Part shown: positions 1 to 8,384 of the stretch, piece after piece | Layout: the number at the start of each line of letters is the position of its first letter | Position numbering within the stretch: the first letter of the stretch is position 1 | NCBI GenBank assembly: GCA_964551955.1 | Contig: CAZKFE010000001.1 | Location: forward strand, 1 to 37,546 | Source: an uncultured Candidatus Actinomarina sp. | GTDB lineage: Bacteria > Actinomycetota > Acidimicrobiia > Actinomarinales > Actinomarinaceae | Direction: 5' to 3' | DNA length: 37,546 nucleotides | Translations under genes and position numbers: made by a program | Notes under the pieces: generated by a model | Databases searched by the model: none | Told to the model about the DNA's origin: nothing | The model's input: the letters and a program-made list of their open reading frames with translations, nothing else

Positions 1-1509
1 ACAACAACTACAACCGTTCAAGAAACTAATACTGTTACTGTTGTTGAAAACTCTGTAACTCAAATGAAGCCAACTAGTAATTATAGTTGTAATCTTATCC
101 CCCTTGGGTTCTGTATCTTTACAGGAATACCCCACCAGACAGGACTTAAGCCTGGTACTAATGAAATTATTAATAGAGAAACAGAATTTCTATTTTTACT
201 GGAAGAAGCTGTGGCAGTAGATTCCTCTGGAAAGATACTAGAAGCTAAAGGCACTCCAGCCTTTGAAGGTGACGAACTTATACAGTCAGATAAAAGTTCA
301 CTAACAGATGATGAGAGGGCCTTTCATCATGTCATGGCTATTATGTTCCCAATACGTAATGCACTTATGTACGACATTGGTACGCTTTCAGCATCTTACT
401 GGGAAATACTTACATATGAGTTAGCAATAAGAGGAATCAAAGATACAACATTTACAGAAGGAAAGACTCCAAAAGATAATTACTACGGAAGAGAAGGAAT
501 ATATGATTTAGCAAAAAACCCAGGGGGGAAAGACATACACCACGATATTATGAAATTTCTAGAAGAATCAGGCTTATACCTGCTTTGTCATGTAACTAGT
601 GATGAATTTAATGAAATGTTAAAAGAAACACATCCAGAAAATCATGATCCATGTAAAGATGCGGAAATTGAAAATAAAATAAGCTTTAATGAAACAACTA
701 CTTCTTCCTTGGATCAAAATTTAACAGAATCCTCAATAAATTACCTGTCAGACTATATTCTTTATGACGAGAATTATGGAACGAAAGTGACTGTCAGTAT
801 ATCTAATGGGGTTCGCACTATAGTCAGCAATGCCTTACCAAACCACTCTACAGGAAACTTTCCCAATGCTGGAAATCCAAATACAATTTCAGAGCAAAGT
901 AAGATATGGAATTTTCCTGCTATTGGTATTTATACTGGTGTTGCATCTAGCGTTAGAGAATCTGGTGTTGCTTTAAATGGAGTTAAGTTTGAACCCGGAA
1001 CAGCTGAGACTGTTACTTGTGATTCTGGTGAAGTGTTTAAAGTTGAAGGACTGCAAAATGAATTTATGCTTGGTATGGATTTTAATAATGCTCACGTACA
1101 GCCTTCTGGTGAATATCATTATCACGGTATATCACAGTTGCTTGTTGAATCCTTCCAAGAAGATTCTGACTTAGTGCTTATAGGTTTTGCAAAAGATGGT
1201 TTTCTAATTTACTACTCAAAGTCCAATTCATATAAAAGCAGCTATAAACTTTCTGATGATCTACGCAAAGGTAGTCAATGCAGGGTGTCATTAAATCGCT
1301 CCGGTACAAAAACTTTCAACCTAGAAGGAACTACACCTGATGGAACATACACCTCAGATTGGATATTTTTTCAAAATAGTGGACTATTAGACGAATGTAA
1401 TGGAACAATTATCGCTGATGAATATGCATATATAGTAACTGATTCATTTCCTTTTACCCCAAGATGCCTAATGGGAGAATTTAGCGAAAATCGTAAAGCT
1501 AATAGATAG
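1..1509 (+). CDS. YHYH-domain protein (unknown function, probably secreted); 5' end probably lies outside the window
   Basis: Frame 1 is open from base 1 (TTTTTVQETNTVTVVENSVTQ precedes the first ATG at 64) and runs to TAG at 1507-1509. The C-terminal half contains the literal PSGEYHYHG motif followed by IGFAKDGFLIYY and DECNG, the pattern of the YHYH family. The N-terminal half has no motif I recognise. Confidence 0.7.
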   Translation, partial: TTTTTVQETNTVTVVENSVTQMKPTSNYSCNLIPLGFCIFTGIPHQTGLKPGTNEIINRETEFLFLLEEAVAVDSSGKILEAKGTPAFEGDELIQSDKSSLTDDERAFHHVMAIMFPIRNALMYDIGTLSASYWEILTYELAIRGIKDTTFTEGKTPKDNYYGREGIYDLAKNPGGKDIHHDIMKFLEESGLYLLCHVTSDEFNEMLKETHPENHDPCKDAEIENKISFNETTTSSLDQNLTESSINYLSDYILYDENYGTKVTVSISNGVRTIVSNALPNHSTGNFPNAGNPNTISEQSKIWNFPAIGIYTGVASSVRESGVALNGVKFEPGTAETVTCDSGEVFKVEGLQNEFMLGMDFNNAHVQPSGEYHYHGISQLLVESFQEDSDLVLIGFAKDGFLIYYSKSNSYKSSYKLSDDLRKGSQCRVSLNRSGTKTFNLEGTTPDGTYTSDWIFFQNSGLLDECNGTIIADEYAYIVTDSFPFTPRCLMGEFSENRKANR

Positions 1510-1553
1510 TTCTAAGATACACATTACACACACATTTTTGAGATAATTAAGAA

Positions 1554-2498
1554 GTGAAAATATACTTGCAAGCAAGAGGAAACTACAAGACGTTACTGAA
1601 TTTATCTAAATGGGCAGAAGCTAATAAAATTGATCGTATCGGTTTTCCAGATCACTACATAGTAGGTGAGCAAAGAAACAATAAAGACGACTCAGCTCCT
1701 GCTTTAGATTTGTTAACGGCAAGTGCTGGATTAATTAGAGATACTGAAAAAATGGTATATTCAATACTTGTCTCACCAATTACATTTAGGCATCCAAGTG
1801 TTTTAGTAAAAATGGCATCAACTATTAATGAAATGGCAAAAGGCAGATTTAGACTAGGGGTAGGCACTGGATGGTTAGAGATTGAGCATGACTTATATGG
1901 GATACCTTTTCCAGACCTTAAAACACGATTTGAAATGCTTGAAGAATCTCTTATTTACATACGGGAAGCACTATCTGGAAATAAAAATGGATTTAAAGGG
2001 GAGTATTATCAATTAGAACAATTTCCTGTTGAACCTGCAGCACTTGAGGATATCCCAATAATTATTGGGGGTAGTGGGAAGGTGAAAACTCCTACGTTAG
2101 CTGGAAAGTATGCTGAGGAATTTAATATTTATGCTGGTCCCAAAGAGACGTTAAAAAATAGTATTAATTTATTTAAAACTGTTGCTGAAGAAAATAATAG
2201 AGATGTCGAGTCTCTAGAAGTAACAACTGCATGCCCTCCTATTGTTGGATTATCAGAAGAGAATCTCAATGAATCATTAATTACAACAGCAAAAGCTTTA
2301 ACCCAACCTAAGGACGAAATTGCAAAAAATTGGAAAGAAAGAAGTTATTTATATGGAACCCCTGAGTTGGTAGCTGAAACTCTTACTATGTGGGAAGAAG
2401 TTGGTATTAACGCTGTGTATCTACAGCTACTTTCCCTAGAAGAAGAAAAAAGAAACGAAAATATAGAAGTTATTCGACAAGCAATAAATTTACTTTAA
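1554..2498 (+). CDS. LLM-class (luciferase-like) flavin- or F420-dependent oxidoreductase
   Basis: 314-codon ORF with a GTG start. By eye it matches the luciferase-like monooxygenase family pattern (RIGFPDHY, RFRLGVGTGW, IPIIIGGSG, C-terminal GTPELVAETLTMWEEVG). The cofactor cannot be decided by eye. Confidence 0.75.
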   Translation: MKIYLQARGNYKTLLNLSKWAEANKIDRIGFPDHYIVGEQRNNKDDSAPALDLLTASAGLIRDTEKMVYSILVSPITFRHPSVLVKMASTINEMAKGRFRLGVGTGWLEIEHDLYGIPFPDLKTRFEMLEESLIYIREALSGNKNGFKGEYYQLEQFPVEPAALEDIPIIIGGSGKVKTPTLAGKYAEEFNIYAGPKETLKNSINLFKTVAEENNRDVESLEVTTACPPIVGLSEENLNESLITTAKALTQPKDEIAKNWKERSYLYGTPELVAETLTMWEEVGINAVYLQLLSLEEEKRNENIEVIRQAINLL

Positions 2499-3302
2499 CT
2501 AACCAGCTAAACCGATAATTACTAATATAACTCCTGTCATTCCTATGCCGTTGGTTAATAAATGAGCAATAATACCAGGCCAGGTATTTTGAAACCTCTG
2601 TACTACAAATGACAATGCTAGAGCACCGGGTAGAAGTGCAAGCATCTGCCACCACTTAAATACATGAAGTAGTGTCCACATGATGCCATGAACTATCCAT
2701 GTTTTTTTACCATATGCTAATTCTTGACGGGGAAGAACGTATCCCCTCCAGAGAAACTCTTCTCCTAAAATATTTAATATTAATGAGAACATTGTAAAAA
2801 GAACTAGGGACAAGCTTCCTATACTTTCTATACCCACCTGGCTTTTTAAACTTTCAAGATTCTGAGGAATAGTTGGGTCAATATATGACGGAGTATTTTC
2901 AGGTATTACAAGTAAGCCACTTTCAATCAAACCAGGGGTTACGGACAACATTAATGTGGATAATGCTCCAGCAGTTACTAACATAAATATAAATAATCCA
3001 AAAGTCCAAAACCACCCCTTCCGTTCCATTGACTTAAGCCTGAATCTGTCTCTAAGAGCTGGCCAAGTAATTGGATTCCCTTCTTTCCAGTAAGCAACTA
3101 ATGAAGCAATAAGCATTATTCCTAATGGAATGTCCAAGGCAATCATATAGCTAACAAATGTAGAAAACCCTTGCTCTACTAAATAAGGGAATAACCTAAA
3201 TACGCATAAAACAGTTATAACTGCGGGTATACCAAAATAAAGGATTGACTCACCCAAATGCATAGGTTTTAATTTTGATAAATCTTTGCTTTCACTGTTC
3301 AT
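2499..3302 (-). CDS. CPBP family (CAAX-protease-like) intramembrane metalloprotease
   Basis: Polytopic 267-aa ORF carrying the CPBP motifs EEFLWRGY (EExxxR) and AHLLTNG (HxxxN), plus LLHVF. GGAG lies 8 nt upstream of the ATG. Its stop codon abuts the stop of the convergent LLM gene with zero spacer. Confidence 0.85.
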   Translation of the reverse strand: MNSESKDLSKLKPMHLGESILYFGIPAVITVLCVFRLFPYLVEQGFSTFVSYMIALDIPLGIMLIASLVAYWKEGNPITWPALRDRFRLKSMERKGWFWTFGLFIFMLVTAGALSTLMLSVTPGLIESGLLVIPENTPSYIDPTIPQNLESLKSQVGIESIGSLSLVLFTMFSLILNILGEEFLWRGYVLPRQELAYGKKTWIVHGIMWTLLHVFKWWQMLALLPGALALSFVVQRFQNTWPGIIAHLLTNGIGMTGVILVIIGLAG

Positions 3303-3354
3303 AAGAAATTCTCCGTATAATTCTTACATTACAAGGATGAAGTAGAATTACATA

Positions 3355-3435
3355 ATGGGTTTTGAAATAGTCGGATACATAGCAACATTTCAATCCATAA
3401 TTCTCTTTATTATTTTGAAAGAAAAAGATAAGTAA
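3355..3435 (+). CDS. possible 26-aa hydrophobic micro-protein or leader peptide
   Basis: ATG at 3355, translation MGFEIVGYIATFQSIILFIILKEKDK, TAA at 3433-3435, one nucleotide before the ATG of the serine hydrolase gene. It is below the ORF-track length cutoff. In this AT-rich DNA it could be a chance ORF. Confidence 0.2.
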   Translation: MGFEIVGYIATFQSIILFIILKEKDK

Positions 3436-3436
3436 A

Positions 3437-4636
3437 ATGAGAAAAGTTGAAACCGAGTTTAAATCATCGGTTCCAATTAAAGGAAATTATCACGAAGACT
3501 TTCAAGAGGTTGCGGAAACCTTTGCACAAAACTTTGATAAATATGGAGAAATAGGATCATCTGTCTGTGTTGTTGTAGATGGAGAAATCACAGTAGATCT
3601 TTGGGCAGGACATAAAAACGAAAAAAGAACAGAGGAATGGGATGAAAATACTCTATCAGTTGCTTTTTCTAGCACCAAAGCAGCGCTTGCTCTTTGTGCA
3701 CATTTGTTAATAGATAGAGGAGAGCTTAACGCAAAAGAAAAAGTAACTAAATATTGGCCTGAATATGGAAAAAATGGAAAAGAAGATACAACAGTAGAAA
3801 TGATATTAAATCATTCAGCCGGCCTTCCTGCGCTTAGAACTGAAGTTAAAGAAGGGGGTTTCTTAGATTGGAGCTATATGGTTGAGTTATTAGAGAACGA
3901 AGAGCCTTTTTGGATACCCGGTGAAGAGACTGGTTACCACATGATGACCACTGGTTGGTTAATAGGAGAGCTTATTAAAAGAATTTCTGGAAAATCTCTA
4001 GGTAAGTTTTTTAGTGATGAGATAAGCAAGCCATATGATTTAGATTATTGGATTGGGCTACCTGAAATTGAAGATAAAAGGGTAGCTAAAGTAACACCCT
4101 TTAGGTCTAGTCCTTCCGATAAACCAAGTGGTTTTGCAGAGGCTTTTAGAAATAATCCAAATTCAATGCAGAGACTATCTCTAACTAACACTGGTGGATA
4201 TGATTACAATGCTGCGGAAACCTATAGATCTGAATTAGGGGGCGTTGGAGGAATTACTAATGCTAGGTCATTAGCAGGAATGCTTACTCCCCTTGCTCAA
4301 AACAATGAAAAACTTTTATCGAAGAACTCTGTTAAAAGATTAAGCCAATCAAATGTAAAATCAGATAAAGATAAAATGCTTCTTTTACCTACTAATTTTT
4401 CTGAGGGGTTTATGTTACATATGGACAATCGTGATACTTTTGAAGGAGAAGGTGGTTCGTTTATGATTGGTCCGAATGCTTTTGGACATGTTGGCTTTGG
4501 AGGAAGTAGTGCTACTTTTGCTGATCCAGATTGTAAAATGTCTTTTGGTTACTTGGTGAATAAACTAGGTGGAGAATATTTAATTAATGAAAGAGGACAA
4601 AGCCTTATAAGGGCTTCTTACAACTGTATAAATTAA
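3437..4636 (+). CDS. serine hydrolase of the beta-lactamase/transpeptidase-like family (class C / EstB-type esterase-like)
   Basis: SxxK nucleophile motif in FSSTKAALAL about 78 aa from the N-terminus, HSAGLP, and a C-terminal FGHVGFGGS box typical of the family. ORF of 399 aa. Confidence 0.85.
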   Translation: MRKVETEFKSSVPIKGNYHEDFQEVAETFAQNFDKYGEIGSSVCVVVDGEITVDLWAGHKNEKRTEEWDENTLSVAFSSTKAALALCAHLLIDRGELNAKEKVTKYWPEYGKNGKEDTTVEMILNHSAGLPALRTEVKEGGFLDWSYMVELLENEEPFWIPGEETGYHMMTTGWLIGELIKRISGKSLGKFFSDEISKPYDLDYWIGLPEIEDKRVAKVTPFRSSPSDKPSGFAEAFRNNPNSMQRLSLTNTGGYDYNAAETYRSELGGVGGITNARSLAGMLTPLAQNNEKLLSKNSVKRLSQSNVKSDKDKMLLLPTNFSEGFMLHMDNRDTFEGEGGSFMIGPNAFGHVGFGGSSATFADPDCKMSFGYLVNKLGGEYLINERGQSLIRASYNCIN

Positions 4637-4726
4637 TCATTTACTTTAAAAGTCTTTATGTAAGAAAGTACAATAAAAAAATAAAGGAAATTCTAAAAAA
4701 AATTTAAGAGTCACTAAAATAATTTT

Positions 4727-5053
4727 ATGTCAAATGCAGAAGAAATAGCGAAATATAAAAAGCTTCTAGATGATGGTGTAATTACAGAAGAAGACTTTGC
4801 AAAGAAAAAAGATTCGCTTTTAAATACAAGAGAAAGTGGAAGTGTCTCCGATAACAAAGACTGGGTTACTACATTATTACTATGTTTTTTTGTTGGGTTT
4901 CTCGGTGTACACAGATTCTATGTTGGAAAAATAGGTACTGGAATATTACACCTCTTAACTTTAGGAGTGTTTGGTATCTGGACCCTTATAGATCTCGTAA
5001 TTATTGTTTTGGGTAAATTTACTGACAGTGAAGGTAATTTAATAAGTAGGTAA
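4727..5053 (+). CDS. SHOCT-domain / TM2-domain membrane protein
   Basis: The N-terminus [25 protein letters not shown] matches the SHOCT short-domain pattern. The C-terminus [46 protein letters not shown] is a classic TM2 two-helix domain. Confidence 0.8.
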   Translation: MSNAEEIAKYKKLLDDGVITEEDFAKKKDSLLNTRESGSVSDNKDWVTTLLLCFFVGFLGVHRFYVGKIGTGILHLLTLGVFGIWTLIDLVIIVLGKFTDSEGNLISR

Positions 5054-5059
5054 ATAGTT

Positions 5060-5086
5060 TTATCTTTATTTAAATTTATAAGATAA
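5060..5086. terminator. weak A/T-rich hairpin filling the gap between convergent genes (possible intrinsic terminator)
   Basis: TTATCTT (5060-5066) pairs with AAGATAA (5080-5086) across a 13-nt loop, followed on the + strand by TTATTTATGTTTAT. There is only one G:C pair, so the stem is thermodynamically weak. Confidence 0.25.
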
Positions 5087-5896
5087 TTATTTATGTTTAT
5101 AAACAACAATTGATTCGTTAATTGAATCAACTACATAGGAAGTTTCTAATGCTTTTTTTATGTCACTAAATCGTGACACATACATTGTTTCAAAAATTAA
5201 ATATTTTGAATCTAATTTAAGAATATTTTCAATAATTACATCTAGAGTCAGTTCAATAGATACCAAAACATCAACATCTCCAAAATTTGTGTCTTCATAT
5301 TTATTAATTTCAATAACAGATGTTTTGTTCTGATAGTCTTGAATATCTTTTTTTGAAATTTGAGAAAAATCATCAATTCCAATTAAATTTTCAACTGGAA
5401 AAAACTTACTTAAATAAAACAATAGATTTCCTATACCAGATGGGTAGTCAACTATTAAACCATTTTTAATGTATTCATCTTCTTGAAGCCTTAATATTTC
5501 ATTAATTACAAAAACATTAGCTGGATACAAATGAAACTTATCAATAAATGGCAAATCACTGTAGCCTTCAAAATCTAATATCTTCCTTCCATACCCATAC
5601 TCATTTAAATTAGAAAAATACTCATTATTTATGCTGTTAACTAGATTTTTTGAGTTTTGAATTGATGTTTTAGTTAGGTCATCCAGATTATATTTTTTTA
5701 TATATCTTAAATCAAAATTATTATAGGTATCAATATTTGATTTAATTAATTTGCTGTTTTCAAATACAGTATTTAAAAAATCAAAGTCATAAACCCCATG
5801 AGGAGATCTACTTTTTGCTACTTTGTTTTTTTTATAAAAAATTAGGTATAGGTAAGTTTTTTTAATTAACCACTTTATCTTTAATAGTATTTTCAT
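5087..5896 (-). CDS. hypothetical protein, possibly a class I SAM-methyltransferase fold
   Basis: 269-aa ORF. LIVDYPSGIGNLLFYL resembles methyltransferase motif I (D/E-x-G-x-G), followed by LIGIDDF (acidic end of beta-2) and VDVLVSIE. The match is weak and by eye only. Confidence 0.45.
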   Translation of the reverse strand: MKILLKIKWLIKKTYLYLIFYKKNKVAKSRSPHGVYDFDFLNTVFENSKLIKSNIDTYNNFDLRYIKKYNLDDLTKTSIQNSKNLVNSINNEYFSNLNEYGYGRKILDFEGYSDLPFIDKFHLYPANVFVINEILRLQEDEYIKNGLIVDYPSGIGNLLFYLSKFFPVENLIGIDDFSQISKKDIQDYQNKTSVIEINKYEDTNFGDVDVLVSIELTLDVIIENILKLDSKYLIFETMYVSRFSDIKKALETSYVVDSINESIVVYKHK

Positions 5897-5899
5897 TTT

Positions 5900-7003
5900 T
5901 TACTCTGTAAATAATTCTTCAAGTTTTTCATTAAATTTATTTAAGTTAAATTTGTTTATTATTAATTCTTGGCCGTTTGCTGATAGTTTATCAAGTAAAT
6001 CAAAATTTTCATAAACCTCATTAATCTTACTAACCCAAGAATTAATAGAGTTGTCTTCTAGTAGGAAAATATTTGTATCATTTATAAAATTATCAAAATC
6101 CCAAAAACCAGATGTTTTAGAGATCATGACAGGCGTGCCTGTAGCCATTGATTGCATTGCAACACTCTGGCCGGAAGCAACCAATGTGTCTTCAACCGGT
6201 AGAAATACTAGCCGGGATTTTTTATATAAATCTTTAATATCAGTGTCAGATAAAATATTCTTATTCCAGTCACCTTTAATTAAAGTAATATTTTCTGGTA
6301 GTTTATTGCTCTTATTAATTTGAGAAGTTACAAATCTAAACTCAATATTTGGCAACCTTCTTGCAATCTCAATTGCTCTCGAAAAATCTCTATTTAAATT
6401 ATTACCAATAAACAATATTCCATTTTTTTCTTTTGATTTAGTTAATTTAGTAAACCAAAAATCACTATCTATACAAAATGACTGGTAAAGAAATTTTTTA
6501 TTAAATTTACTAAAAATGTTAGAAACTGCTTTGTGCTCAGTTCTAGATGTAAATACAATAAAATCAACCGTTTTTAAAAAATACTTAATAAAGATATTTT
6601 TAAATGGATTACTCCCTATTTTAGAACTATAAATATTCGTAAATATTCCTGAATTAATTGTTAAAAATTTTATTTTCTTTCTTTTTTTATATTTCCTTAA
6701 AAATGGAGAAAGCGTAATAGCCAACCCTGGATTGGTAGAAAAAATAATGTCGGAATTCTTTATAGTTTCTAAGTTTTCTTTATTAATTATTTTATTAAGA
6801 TGAATTGGCAATTTAAATTTCTGTAGAAGCTTATCAATAAATATATACTTATTATTCAGTCCATCTTTGTCTTCTATAATTTTTAAATTTGGATATTTTT
6901 TTTGAAAATACTCAAGTGAATAGTAGAACTCTTTTGCATGAATACTGCTTTCCTTTAGTCTTTCTGTCCTACCACTCTTGTATATATAAGAAATTTGCTT
7001 CAT
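5900..7003 (-). CDS. GT-B fold glycosyltransferase (GT1/GT4-like)
   Basis: The C-terminal domain pattern LVFLPVEDTLVASGQSVAMQSMATGTPVMISKTSGF matches the E-x7-E-type nucleotide-sugar binding region of GT4-like enzymes. ORF of 367 aa. Confidence 0.75.
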   Translation of the reverse strand: MKQISYIYKSGRTERLKESSIHAKEFYYSLEYFQKKYPNLKIIEDKDGLNNKYIFIDKLLQKFKLPIHLNKIINKENLETIKNSDIIFSTNPGLAITLSPFLRKYKKRKKIKFLTINSGIFTNIYSSKIGSNPFKNIFIKYFLKTVDFIVFTSRTEHKAVSNIFSKFNKKFLYQSFCIDSDFWFTKLTKSKEKNGILFIGNNLNRDFSRAIEIARRLPNIEFRFVTSQINKSNKLPENITLIKGDWNKNILSDTDIKDLYKKSRLVFLPVEDTLVASGQSVAMQSMATGTPVMISKTSGFWDFDNFINDTNIFLLEDNSINSWVSKINEVYENFDLLDKLSANGQELIINKFNLNKFNEKLEELFTE

Positions 7004-7054
7004 TAGAAAAATGTTACAGCTAAATAGATTATTAATGTTATTAAAATTAAAAAA

Positions 7055-7975
7055 GTGAGAAAGATATTACTAGTTGGTTCTTCAGGTTTCTTGGGGAAGA
7101 ATGTATTTGAAAAAATTAATAATGATAATGAAGTTCATTTAATTAGCGGAAAAAATGAATGCGATGTTTCTAATATTGACGAATTGAGAAGCTACGTTAA
7201 TAATTTAGATTTTGAATATGTTATTAACTGTTCTGCTTTTGTTGGAGGGATAGCGTATGGGTATAAATATCCTGCCGAAATGCTTTCAATTAATTCAAAG
7301 ATTGCTAACAATATTTATCAGATTTCTAAAGAAAAATCAGTAAAGATGTTGATTAACCCAATTCCAAATTGTGTATATCCAGGACACATTGACACCTACA
7401 AAGAGGATGACCTGTGGGAGGGGCCACCACATGAATCAGTGTTTTATTATGCATTAGCTAAAAGAATGAGCATTGCTCTTGGTTCAAGTTATCACGCTCA
7501 ACATAACTTATCATCGTGCTCAGTAATTATGTCAAACATGTATGGACCTTATGATCATTTTGAAGAAAATCGTTCTCATGCAATGGGTGCACTAATCAAT
7601 AAAATTTATAAAGCAAAATTAAATAATGAAAAAACAGTAGATGTGTGGGGTAGTGGTAAGCAAGTTAGAGAATGGCTCTATGTTGAAGATGGTGCTGATG
7701 CATTAATAAGCTGTATGGATTTATCAGAAGGCAATTATTTGTTCAACATTGGGATAGGTAAAGGTATCTCAATTATTGACTTGGCAAACTTAATTAAAGA
7801 GCATGTTGGATGGGATGGTAATTTTAATCTTGATACAACTAAACCAGAAGGTGTTCTTGAGAAAAAAGTGGATGGTAGTATGGGGAAGGATATTATTAAT
7901 TGGAGTCCAAAGTTTAGTCTTGATGAAGGGGTTAAAAAGACCATCAAATGGTACGGGGAGAATTATGGACAATAA
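7055..7975 (+). CDS. NAD(P)-dependent epimerase/reductase, divergent GDP-L-fucose synthase (Fcl) family paralogue
   Basis: GTG start directly before the Rossmann motif LLVGSSGFLGKNV. The ORF is colinear with the canonical fcl at 23031 (YALAK = YxxxK, SHAMGALI = His region, WGSGKQVREWLYVEDGA). The GSSCIYP box is replaced by PIPNCVYP. Confidence 0.8.
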   Translation: MRKILLVGSSGFLGKNVFEKINNDNEVHLISGKNECDVSNIDELRSYVNNLDFEYVINCSAFVGGIAYGYKYPAEMLSINSKIANNIYQISKEKSVKMLINPIPNCVYPGHIDTYKEDDLWEGPPHESVFYYALAKRMSIALGSSYHAQHNLSSCSVIMSNMYGPYDHFEENRSHAMGALINKIYKAKLNNEKTVDVWGSGKQVREWLYVEDGADALISCMDLSEGNYLFNIGIGKGISIIDLANLIKEHVGWDGNFNLDTTKPEGVLEKKVDGSMGKDIINWSPKFSLDEGVKKTIKWYGENYGQ

Positions 7976-8384
7976 GTTTTTGAATGAAATAATTGTAGAT
8001 AATGTTCATTACTGTACAGTTGTAAAACCAGATTCAAGTAGTGAAGGTCTTAATTTTATAACTTCTGATGATAAGAGTATGCAGGTAGGTGTGTGGAATT
8101 ACAAGAAGGGTAAGGAACTAGAACCACACTATCACAACAATTTTGAAAGATCTGCAGACATCACTTCTGAATCTGTATATGTGAGTAAAGGGAAGATATT
8201 AGTTAAGGTTTACACAAAAGATAAAGGCCTAATTCTTGAAGAAACACTTAATTCTGGAGAAATGATTATTCAATTTTATGGAATCCATGAATACACTATG
8301 CTTGAAGATTCAATTGTTATTGAGACAAAAAATGGACCATATTTTGGACCAGAAAAAGACCGCACCAGGGTTAAAATTGGATAG
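7965..8384 (+). CDS. small cupin, WxcM/FdtA-like (candidate sugar-nucleotide 3,4-ketoisomerase)
   Basis: The ATG at 7965 (MDNKFLNEII...) overlaps the upstream stop by 11 nt and has GGGGAG 4 nt upstream. It encodes 139 aa with an HxH box (ELEPHYHNNFE) and beta-strand-rich cupin-like sequence. The longer track ORF from 7803 is an out-of-frame overlap with the upstream gene. Confidence 0.6.
   Translation: MDNKFLNEIIVDNVHYCTVVKPDSSSEGLNFITSDDKSMQVGVWNYKKGKELEPHYHNNFERSADITSESVYVSKGKILVKVYTKDKGLILEETLNSGEMIIQFYGIHEYTMLEDSIVIETKNGPYFGPEKDRTRVKIG

Noticed and set aside
64-66. ATG at 64 as the true start of the first gene
   Set aside because: The frame is open to the window edge, and the following peptide lacks a convincing signal or N-terminal motif. 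I kept it as an alternative start rather than the preferred model.
4642-4670. Hairpin TACTTT...AAAGTA after the serine hydrolase gene, considered as a terminator
   Set aside because: The stem is only 6 bp and the loop is 17 nt. It is followed by an A-run rather than a T-run on the + strand, so it is not a credible intrinsic terminator.
6896-6903. Homopolymeric A/T tracts (for example T8 here, and similar 8-9-nt runs in several GT genes) considered as phase-variation switches
   Set aside because: Runs of this length are expected by composition alone in DNA with about 20% GC. No poly-G/C or multi-unit repeats were seen. This cannot be supported without population data.
7803-7964. N-terminal 54-codon extension of the cupin ORF
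   Set aside because: It overlaps the 3' end of the Fcl-like gene in another frame and translates to a non-cupin hydrophobic string. The ATG at 7965 has a GGGGAG upstream and gives a 139-aa cupin of typical size.
8278-8376. ATG starts at 8278 and 8332 for the aminotransferase
   Set aside because: They would overlap the cupin gene by 107 or 53 nt and add residues with no counterpart in DegT/Per-type enzymes. The TTG at 8377 sits right before the conserved N-terminus. The start remains uncertain.
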